From Phycisphaerae bacterium (lineage in GTDB: Bacteria; Planctomycetota; Phycisphaerae; UBA1845; Fen-1342): 64,000 nt of DNA. The translations under genes were made by a program, and so were the position numbers. The stretch is from the NCBI GenBank assembly GCA_050115495.1, contig JASFQK010000038.1:1-64000 (forward strand), in the 5' to 3' direction. The notes beneath the pieces were generated by a model. That model ran no database searches. It saw only the letters and a list, made by a program, of their open reading frames with translations, and was not told the origin of the DNA. Below are positions 1 through 8,033 of this stretch, in pieces (the stretch's first letter is position 1; every line of letters starts with the position of its first letter).

Positions 1-261
1 ATGTGCCGGACGCAGCCCGAGTTGCTCCGCGGTTTCGAGGTTCCGAAGACCTGTCCGCGCGGCGTGACGGCCGACGCGCTGCCCCAGCCGGTCACGCCGC
101 CGGTCACCGGCCCCGAACCCTGCCCGGCCGCCGAGGCAGTGTGCCACCACTGGCAAGCCCGGAAGTGCCGCCTTAGCCCCGCCGACACGCGGTGCCTGTC
201 CGATCTTCGTCGGCACGGCCCGGCCGACGTCTGCCCGCTGGGCTGGCGGCCGGAGCGCTGA
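1..261 (+). CDS. Cys-rich small protein, probably 5'-truncated by the window edge; lies inside the putative integrated element
   Basis: Open frame with multiple Cys ending CPLGW...; followed by a strong intrinsic terminator. Confidence 0.4.
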   Translation: MCRTQPELLRGFEVPKTCPRGVTADALPQPVTPPVTGPEPCPAAEAVCHHWQARKCRLSPADTRCLSDLRRHGPADVCPLGWRPER

Positions 262-305
262 AAGTCGGTTGCTGGGCGTTCGGTTCGCAGTCCGACCGAC
301 GCCCG

Positions 306-343
306 CCCCGCCCCGCCTGAGCAACGGGGCGGGGTCCTCTTTT
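306..343 (+). terminator. Rho-independent terminator
   Basis: 10-bp stem CCCCGCCCCG/CGGGGCGGGG, 9-nt loop, followed by TCCTCTTTT. Confidence 0.7.
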
Positions 344-442
344 GCCGCGGCCGGCGTGTTGTTATGCTGGGGGAAGTACACGGGAGACGGGGGCCGAACG
401 TGGGCGCTTCTTCTCCCGCCAAGTCGCAACCTGGAGGACACC

Positions 443-640
443 ATGTACTTGCTCGCAATAGTGCTGCCGCCCGTGGCTGTTCTGCTCTGCGGCAAGCCCA
501 TCCAGGCCGTGCTTAACGTGTTCCTATGTCTGCTGGTCTGGATTCCGGGCGTCATTCACGCCTGGAGCGTCGTTTCGGAGCGGAAGGCCGACAAGCGGAC
601 AGAGCGGCAGACGAAGGCTCTGATTCGGGCCCGTCAGTAG
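443..640 (+). CDS. yqaE: YqaE/Pmp3 family small membrane protein
   Basis: GGAGG RBS before ATG443; LLAIVLPPVAV...WIPGVIHA signature of the Pmp3/UPF0057 family. Confidence 0.85.
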   Translation: MYLLAIVLPPVAVLLCGKPIQAVLNVFLCLLVWIPGVIHAWSVVSERKADKRTERQTKALIRARQ

Positions 641-1074
641 CTCCGGACGCCTTGGCAGCGTTCGTGTCGGGGCGTTCTGCCCCCATCATCGCCCGGTGGC
701 ACTGCCGCCCGACCCCCGGTTCAGCAAGTCCAACTGACGTTCGCGAGTCCACACGCCCGCGCCAGCGGCCTCAGAACGTCCAGGTTCGGCCGTGGTTGAA
801 CGCGCCAAGCACGGGCAGGGGATAGAAGCGGGCCCAATCACCAGAGAGCCGCGGAGGCGGTCGAGCGCTACCGCTCCTGTAGTCTTCGGAGTCCGGAGGC
901 GGGTCGGGTAGACGCCCGGTACGAATCCGGTATGTACCGAAAACGCTCCCCCGAAACCGCGTTCTACCGCTAAAAACCGCGGTTGTTTGGAATGACTTGC
1001 AATAGGTGCGAAGATCGTCTAAACTACTGGTGTCGCGAGGCTTCGGGCTTCTCGGCGAGGGCGTCTGGACCACG

Positions 1075-1116
1075 TTCACACGGATGAGGTCACAGGTTCG
1101 AGTCCTGTAACGCCCA
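1075..1116 (+). mobile_element. 3' half of tRNA-Val(CAC): attachment-site duplication marking the boundary of an integrated element
   Basis: TTCACAC (anticodon loop) GGATG AGGTC ACAGG-TTCGAGT-CCTGT (T arm) AACGCCC-A (acceptor 3' strand); the D arm and the matching 5' anticodon stem (CATCC) are absent. Confidence 0.75.
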
Positions 1117-1243
1117 GTTGTAAAGCTCTTCTGAATCCGGGCTTACATGTGTCGACACTCACGTCTCAGTAAGGTGTTTGCCCTTTTCAGCCGAGCTGCC
1201 CCCAGACCTGCTACATCACAACGACTCAGGGGACGGTCCGAGC

Positions 1244-2059
1244 ATGGCCAAATCATCCAGGAAGAAGACAGCGGCGGAGAAGCAGGCGCCAAAGAGGTTG
1301 TTGAAGCGAACCCGCGCGTCTCGAAGAGTGAAGTCCCCAGCCGGTAAGTGCTTCGTGATGATGCCGTTCCGTGAACCCTTCGACACGTACTTCACGACCA
1401 TCATTCTGCCAGCGATCACAAAGGCGAATTTCGAGGCGACGCGAGCGGACGATTTGTTTCGACCGTCTGTGATCGTGGCGGATATGTGGAAGATGATTCA
1501 AGACGCCAAGGTCCTGTTGGCCGAGCTAACGACGAAGAACGCTAATGTGTTCTACGAGCTTGGCTTGGCCCACGCGATCGGAAAGCCCGTGGTGCTTGTT
1601 TCGGAGAAGATGGAGGACGTTCCGTTCGATCTCCAGCAACTTCGGGTGCTGTTGTACGACAAGAACGACCCTGCGTGGGGCGTCAAACTCCGCGAGGATA
1701 TCAGCTCATCACTCGCGGAAGTCGCCGCTGATCCGATCGAGGCCGTGCCGCAGACCTTCCGCAAGAAAGTCGCTAGTAAGGCGCCGGTCGACACCATTGA
1801 GTCCCGGCTCTCGCAGATGGAGAGGAGAATCATCCGGCTGGAGCGCGGCGATCGAGAACCCTCTACACTTCCGGTAGTCGAGCGATCCCGTGCGGGGTTG
1901 GAGCTGCGCGGGGTCAACGACGAGTCAGAACTGGAGGCGTGGTTCACGAAGTGGGCAGCACGCTTGCCGCGCAGCGTCTTCGAGCGAATCCTGGTGAACG
2001 ACGGGCAGCACGTTCCGTCAGACGATATGGCCAGATGTGTGGCCAAGCATCTCGGCTAG
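1244..2059 (+). CDS. Nucleoside 2-deoxyribosyltransferase/TIR-like domain protein with a C-terminal coiled-coil/helical region
   Basis: CFVMMPF...RADD...LLAELTTKNANVFYELGLAHAIGKPVVL...VPFDL motif. Confidence 0.8.
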   Translation: MAKSSRKKTAAEKQAPKRLLKRTRASRRVKSPAGKCFVMMPFREPFDTYFTTIILPAITKANFEATRADDLFRPSVIVADMWKMIQDAKVLLAELTTKNANVFYELGLAHAIGKPVVLVSEKMEDVPFDLQQLRVLLYDKNDPAWGVKLREDISSSLAEVAADPIEAVPQTFRKKVASKAPVDTIESRLSQMERRIIRLERGDREPSTLPVVERSRAGLELRGVNDESELEAWFTKWAARLPRSVFERILVNDGQHVPSDDMARCVAKHLG

Positions 2060-2477
2060 CTTGACAATGCTCGTCGGAGCTCAAGGCGCGAAGCGGCTTT
2101 GATCAGTTGCTCATCTCCAGTCCGCGTGTACGTCCACCTCATTAGGCTAGTCTCGTACCCACTTCGGGACGCTCACCAACGTCGACTGCAGCCTGGGTAA
2201 ACGTATGGCGAAGGTCGTACATTGTCCCGCCGAAATGGCTTTCCACGATCGACCTGAGTCCGTGCACGGTGCGCGGCCCGTTGAACGGGCCGAGGAAGAC
2301 ACATTCGTTCACGTTCGGCGTGTTGTGGATGCCTGTCCGTGCGCGCACGGCGGTGGATCGGCGATGGCAGGGGGGCGGCCAGAGCCGCCGGATGGCTTGG
2401 CGCGGCACACAATATAGGACTAAGCTGGGGCGGGTCGGGTTCGGGGTGTGCGGCGGGACGAGGAAAGAGGACGGGCC

Positions 2478-5400
2478 ATGATGCACACGTCACGGACTGC
2501 GCCGCGGCACGGCGGGGGTGTCGCCGGCATGACCAGACTGCTGATCCTGACGATGGGGGTGGCCAGCCTGTTTGCGGCCGGCGTGCCGGCGACCGCTGAG
2601 CCGAGCGGCTCGACGCTCGTCGTGCATTTGCAGCGGGCGGCCGACGGCACGCCCGTGCCCGGCGTGACCGTGCTGGTCGGCGAGCAACGGGCGACGTCGG
2701 ACTTCACCGGCGTGGCCCGTTTCCCGTACCTGGAGCAGGCGCCGACGGACATCGCCGTGCACGACCTGGGCTTTCACTTCGTCGACCGCGCCCTGGCGGC
2801 CGAGGAGCAGCAGAGCGGACTGGTCACGGTACAGCTCGAACCGATGACTTGGGCGGAAGTGACGATCCACACGGCCGTCGCGGAGGTCGGCGACGCCGTG
2901 GCCGGAGCGCACATCGTGCTCGAACGCACGACGGGCGCGTATACGCCGGTGGTGATCGAGGCGTGGACGGCGTTGGACGGGACGTTCTGCGTGAACGACG
3001 TGCCCGTGGGCGAATACGCGTTGCGCGTCGATGCTCCGGGCTGTCAGCCCCACGAGACGCAGATCACGCTGGAGGCCGGCCCGCGAACGCTGGAGCTCGC
3101 CTTGCAGCCGGACCTAGGTGGAGTATCGGTGAGCGGTGCGCTCGTCGATGCCTGGACGGGTAAGGCGGTGAGCGGAGCTACCGTGCGGGCGGCGCACACG
3201 TCGCAGGGCGAGACGATTGCCGTGCTCACACAGACCGTCGCCGGCGCGGACGGGCGTTTCACGCTCGCCGGGATTCCAGCGGGTTTGCGGCGTTTCGCGG
3301 GTCCGGAAGGGGTCATGCGGCCCGCCGGCGCGCGGTTCGTCGTCTGGGTTTCGGCGGAGGGCTATCTGGACGGGTTCTATCCGGTGGACGTCGGCCGGCG
3401 GGGCGCGGCGAATCTGCGGGCGCTGTTGTGGCCGGCGCTGCCGGTGCTGGAAGAACGCGAGCCGAACAACACGCTCGCCGAGGCCCAGCCGACGCCGCCG
3501 ACCACGACGCTGCGCACGCACATCAAGCAGCCGGCCGACCGCGACGTGTTCCGCCTGACGCTGCCCGTGGACGGCGAACTTCAGGTGCACATCGAGGGTG
3601 TGCCCATTTCGCTGGAGTTGTTCCTGTTCGAAACGCGGCGCGGCCAGCAAGTCGCCCGAACCGCGCAGCACCCGAACGTCACGTACGATTGGCGCGTCGA
3701 CCTACGCGCCGGCGAATACGCGCTGCGGGTGGAGGCTTGGGGACGTCAACAGTCTTCGCCGGCGCCGTTCGAGCTGCCGATCGCCTTCCGGCCGGCGATT
3801 GATGCGCACGAGCCCAACGACAACACAGCCGTGGCGGCAGGGGAGCTGCTCGGAGCGCGCTGGCACGGCTTCCTGTTCACGCACGGCGAGGTTGACTACC
3901 AGCGTTTCCGGGCGGCACGAGCGGGTAGCGGACAACTGACTGTCAGCGCGCTGCCGATCGGGATGGAGGCGTTTGTGCTGGACGACGAGGAGGCAGTTCA
4001 CGGGCGGCAGGCGGTCCATCCGAAGAATGCGCTGGTCTGCCCGTTTCGGTTCGATGCCGCCACCGCGTTCTATACGCGGCTGGAGCACTGGGGACGGACA
4101 CACTACACGCTCGCGCCGTATGAGGGCGGCCTGGACTACGTGCCCGGCGACGCCGGCGAGGAGGGGCGGCGCAACGAGACACTGGAACAGGCCGTGCCGA
4201 TCGAGCCGGCGGGGATTGTGTCGGGCACGTTGAATCCGATCGGCGATCGCGACTGGCACCGGCTGGAGGTGTCGGAAGCCGGCGTACTGCACGTGCGCGT
4301 GTCGGCGATCCCGATCGGCGTGGCGCTCTGCGTGACCGATGCGGCCGGGGCGGTCGTGGGGCAGCACGCGGTCCACCCGAACCAGGTCAACGAACTGAAG
4401 GTCTCGTTGCGGCAGCGCGGCACGTACCACGTGGAGTGTGAGCATTGGGGCCGCCAGATGTGGTCCGCCAGTCCGTACCTATTGCGCACGGCGTTCTATC
4501 CGAACGATCTGCGGGATCGGCGGGATAACGGCGAGGCTCGCCGGGCGACGCCGATCACGCCGGCCACGGACCTGATCGGGGACATCGGCTTCGTCGGCGA
4601 CCGCGACTACTACCAGGTGCACTTCCCGCGGCGGGGCGTGTGGCGGGTCGAGATGAAGCCGACGTCGCTGGGCCTGGAAGCGAGCATCTGGGACCCGAAC
4701 GGCGAGCGCATCGCTCGACACGTGGTGCATCCGAAGCAGAACCTGCGCCTGGACGGGCACATCAAGGCGATTGGCTGGCAGACCCTTCAGATCGAGCATT
4801 GGGGCAATCAGGCGTGGGCGCGCGATCCCTATCGCGTCGAGCAGACGATCTGGCTCGAGGATCCGTACGAGCCAAACGACGCGCAGGGTGAAGCCACGCA
4901 GTTGGTGCTGAACACGGCGGTCAGCGGCAGCCTGTTGCCGATCGGCGACCAGGATTTCCACCGGGTCTACGTGCCGCGTCCCGGGCGCTATCAGTTGAAC
5001 ATCACGCCGTTGCCGATCGGCATGCAAGCCTTCGTGCTGGATGCCCTGGGAACCGTTGTGAAGCGGCACGCGGTTCATCCGAACCAGCCGCTGCACCTGG
5101 AGTTCACGACGGAGGCTCCCGGCCACTACTGGGTTCGGCTGGAGCACTGGGGTCGCAACGACTGGTCACCGGTGCATTACGTGCTGCGGGTCCAATCGGC
5201 CGATACGCCGGTCGCGACGCCGGAAGCGCGGCTGGAGGTGCGGCAGTCCTCACAGTCGCATCGCCAGGTGACCTTCGTGCCCGAGGCCGCGAGTGTGGAT
5301 AACCCGGTCAGCGCGTGCGAGATCGACTTCGATGGAGATGGGCAGTTCGACTGGCGCTCCGGCACGCCCGACATTGTGACCCACACGTACGAGCGGGGCG

Positions 5401-8033
5401 GATGGATTACGGCGATGCTGCGCGTCACGGCAGCGAATGGCGCACAGGCGTACGACTACGCCATCTTCAACACGCGCGACCTGAGCGACGAGCAGCAGCT
5501 TCAGGTCGAGTTCATCAAGCCGGCACCGCAGGCCGTGCTCGATGCGCCGTTTGACGTTGAGGTGCTGGCTTGGCGGCCCGACGGCGGTTCGACCGGGTCG
5601 GTGCGGCTCGAGATCGACGGCGAGCCGGTCACGCGCTGGGTCACCGAGCCGTACGCGACCACGCTACGGCCCGATTCGTGGGCCGGCCGCACGGTCACGC
5701 TGGCGGCGGTGGTCGATGGCTCCGCCGGGGCGCGGGCCGAGATCCCGCTGACGATGGCACCGCTCGTCAACCTGTTGCCGCCCAACGACGCCTTGCTGAC
5801 CTCGCCGCAAGTGACGTTTCAGTGGGACACGCCGGACGAGACATCCTCGGATGTGGAGGTCACTGGTCCGGATGGAGACGTTCATACCTTCACCGGCGAG
5901 GCGGGGACGCGGCACGTCGTCTCGGCGGAGGGGCTGGAACAGGACCGCGAGTACACGTGGGTGGCACGGTCGGGTGATCTGGCGAGTGCGCCGCGGCGGT
6001 TCCGGCTGGTGCGCGGGATCGAGTTCGTCGAGCGCGCGTACCAGTTCCAGATCGAGCGTGATTACGACCAGCAACGGGCGATCCGCGTGGTGAATCAAAG
6101 CGAGGCGCCGGAGACGCTGAAGCTGCACGTGGACAGTGCACAGGACACGCTGCTGGCTGGCTTTGTGGGCGAGGGTTCGCCGGACAAGGTGATCGAGCTG
6201 GAGCCTGGCGAGCATCGCGAGGTGCTGCTGGTCTTCGCCGCCCAGGATGCGCTGGCGGAGCACTTCCGCTTTCCGATTACGCTGGAGAGCGTCGGCAGCG
6301 CCGGTGGCGACGTGCACACGGACGTCGCCGAGGTCGCGGTCGACGTGCGTATGCCGGACGTGAAGTTCGCGCTGACGCCGCTCGGGCAGGATCCGGGAAC
6401 GCTGGTCTACGAGATCGAACTGCACAATCAGGGTGACAAGGTCACCGATTTCACCGCGCGGCTGGATGAAGCCGTCCGCGACCAGGCGTACATCGCGCCC
6501 ACCGTGGAGCACGTGTCGCTCGAGCGTGGCGGACGGCTGCGCTTCCAGGTCGTTCCGGTGCTCAGCGAGGCCTTCACCGGCTTCGACGCGACGCTCACGG
6601 TCCGGGGCGTGCACGTCCAGCAGGAGCTGCCCTTGTCATTCCAGTTGCCGGAAGGCCGGCGCGTCTTCCTGGCGACTGTGGACGTCACGACCGAATCCAA
6701 GTCCGACGCGTGGTATTGCACGAACAAGCCCAGCATCGGGTCGCGCGTTACGCTGACGGCGCTCGGCCGGCCGCGGCGTCCGCCGGTTCCCGGCCTGACC
6801 GGGCCGCTCAGCGCGAGCCGGGATCCCGCGCACATCAAGTACATGTACGACGAGCTGCGGGACATCATCAAGCATTTGCGGCTCAATCCGAAGATCGAAA
6901 ACGCCATGCTCGCGATCCTCGATACGTTCATCTGGGAAGAGGACGGCGTGTATCGCGGCGATCCTCGGGCGGCGCTCGACGCGATACGCAGCATGCTGCG
7001 CGAGGCGGCCTTCAGCGAGCTGTCACAGCGCGAGCGCTTCCTGGCGCAGACGAAGAACACGAACGGGCTTCGCCAGGTGCTGGACACGCTCCGGTGTCCG
7101 GACATGCGCTACTGGGGCTCGGTCGGGGGTAGCATCGCCGCCAGCCTGGGGGACTTCGTCCAGGTGGATCAGGCCCGCGCCGCGGAGATCCAGCGGCTGG
7201 TGGGCGACTGGGAGGACGTCGCCCGCACGATCAAGCAGGAGATGATGAACATCGGCAGCACACGCGCGATCCAGTCCACCGACGACCTGGCTCGGCACCA
7301 TCAGCACTTGACGAACATCGCGCAGCGGGCCGAGTCGTTGGCCCAGCGGGCCCTGAGCAGCCTGCCCCACGACTCGCGTCTCTGCCGTGAGGTGCTGGAC
7401 TATCACGCCCGCATCAAGTCGCGCCTGTACCGCACCAAGTCGTTGGTGGAGAAGATCGACGCGTACAAGAAGAAGTTCGAGCAGTTCCGCCGGGGGGCCT
7501 CGGGACCGGATGCCCTGACGCGCGGACGCGTGCCGCTGGGGCCGAAATGGCTGGCGCGGCTCGACAAGATCGGCACGGGCCTGACCTGCCTGTCCTTCGT
7601 GACCGGCCTGATCGACCGTTATGAGCAGCTCAGCCAGCGCGAGAGCATCAGTGAGGCGGAGGCCTGGATCGTCGCCGGCTTGCAGGCCGCCACGTACACC
7701 GCCGTCACGTCAAACCCCACCGGTGCGGTGATCGACCTGGCCACGACGGCCCAGACACTGGCCCGCGAACACGTCCTCGGTGAGAAAGGCGCGTCGGAGC
7801 AGGGGCTCGACGCCCTGATCGACGTCGGCTTCGACTGGGCCCTCTACGGAACCAAGCTGCTGCGCGAGGACCAGGGCGCCGCCACGGCGGTCACCATGCG
7901 CCGGCTCAGCGATCTGCTGGACCGTATCAACGAACGGCTGGCGACCTCGACGGACGAGGCAGAACAGGAGCACTACCGCAAGATGCGGGATTACGTGCAG
8001 CGGCTCCTGCAGGAGAAGGAAGACGACCCATGA
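2478..8033 (+). CDS. Large secreted protein: carboxypeptidase-regulatory-like Ig domains, 5 PPC-like repeats, PKD/Ig/FN3-like domains, WYCTNKP motif, alpha-helical C-terminal domain
   Basis: ORF of about 1850 aa; signal-peptide-like MTRLLILTMGVASLFAAGVPATA (alternative start 2529); EPND/GDRD repeats; IDFDGDG..HTY PKD-like segment. Confidence 0.8.
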   Translation: MMHTSRTAPRHGGGVAGMTRLLILTMGVASLFAAGVPATAEPSGSTLVVHLQRAADGTPVPGVTVLVGEQRATSDFTGVARFPYLEQAPTDIAVHDLGFHFVDRALAAEEQQSGLVTVQLEPMTWAEVTIHTAVAEVGDAVAGAHIVLERTTGAYTPVVIEAWTALDGTFCVNDVPVGEYALRVDAPGCQPHETQITLEAGPRTLELALQPDLGGVSVSGALVDAWTGKAVSGATVRAAHTSQGETIAVLTQTVAGADGRFTLAGIPAGLRRFAGPEGVMRPAGARFVVWVSAEGYLDGFYPVDVGRRGAANLRALLWPALPVLEEREPNNTLAEAQPTPPTTTLRTHIKQPADRDVFRLTLPVDGELQVHIEGVPISLELFLFETRRGQQVARTAQHPNVTYDWRVDLRAGEYALRVEAWGRQQSSPAPFELPIAFRPAIDAHEPNDNTAVAAGELLGARWHGFLFTHGEVDYQRFRAARAGSGQLTVSALPIGMEAFVLDDEEAVHGRQAVHPKNALVCPFRFDAATAFYTRLEHWGRTHYTLAPYEGGLDYVPGDAGEEGRRNETLEQAVPIEPAGIVSGTLNPIGDRDWHRLEVSEAGVLHVRVSAIPIGVALCVTDAAGAVVGQHAVHPNQVNELKVSLRQRGTYHVECEHWGRQMWSASPYLLRTAFYPNDLRDRRDNGEARRATPITPATDLIGDIGFVGDRDYYQVHFPRRGVWRVEMKPTSLGLEASIWDPNGERIARHVVHPKQNLRLDGHIKAIGWQTLQIEHWGNQAWARDPYRVEQTIWLEDPYEPNDAQGEATQLVLNTAVSGSLLPIGDQDFHRVYVPRPGRYQLNITPLPIGMQAFVLDALGTVVKRHAVHPNQPLHLEFTTEAPGHYWVRLEHWGRNDWSPVHYVLRVQSADTPVATPEARLEVRQSSQSHRQVTFVPEAASVDNPVSACEIDFDGDGQFDWRSGTPDIVTHTYERGGWITAMLRVTAANGAQAYDYAIFNTRDLSDEQQLQVEFIKPAPQAVLDAPFDVEVLAWRPDGGSTGSVRLEIDGEPVTRWVTEPYATTLRPDSWAGRTVTLAAVVDGSAGARAEIPLTMAPLVNLLPPNDALLTSPQVTFQWDTPDETSSDVEVTGPDGDVHTFTGEAGTRHVVSAEGLEQDREYTWVARSGDLASAPRRFRLVRGIEFVERAYQFQIERDYDQQRAIRVVNQSEAPETLKLHVDSAQDTLLAGFVGEGSPDKVIELEPGEHREVLLVFAAQDALAEHFRFPITLESVGSAGGDVHTDVAEVAVDVRMPDVKFALTPLGQDPGTLVYEIELHNQGDKVTDFTARLDEAVRDQAYIAPTVEHVSLERGGRLRFQVVPVLSEAFTGFDATLTVRGVHVQQELPLSFQLPEGRRVFLATVDVTTESKSDAWYCTNKPSIGSRVTLTALGRPRRPPVPGLTGPLSASRDPAHIKYMYDELRDIIKHLRLNPKIENAMLAILDTFIWEEDGVYRGDPRAALDAIRSMLREAAFSELSQRERFLAQTKNTNGLRQVLDTLRCPDMRYWGSVGGSIAASLGDFVQVDQARAAEIQRLVGDWEDVARTIKQEMMNIGSTRAIQSTDDLARHHQHLTNIAQRAESLAQRALSSLPHDSRLCREVLDYHARIKSRLYRTKSLVEKIDAYKKKFEQFRRGASGPDALTRGRVPLGPKWLARLDKIGTGLTCLSFVTGLIDRYEQLSQRESISEAEAWIVAGLQAATYTAVTSNPTGAVIDLATTAQTLAREHVLGEKGASEQGLDALIDVGFDWALYGTKLLREDQGAATAVTMRRLSDLLDRINERLATSTDEAEQEHYRKMRDYVQRLLQEKEDDP

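Noticed and set aside
1059..1116. Intact tRNA-Val gene
   Set aside because: No D arm, and the 5' anticodon stem cannot pair with GGATG; treated as an att-site fragment
2142..2486. Minus-strand 114-aa ORF or gene remnant
   Set aside because: No RBS or recognisable motif; cannot be supported
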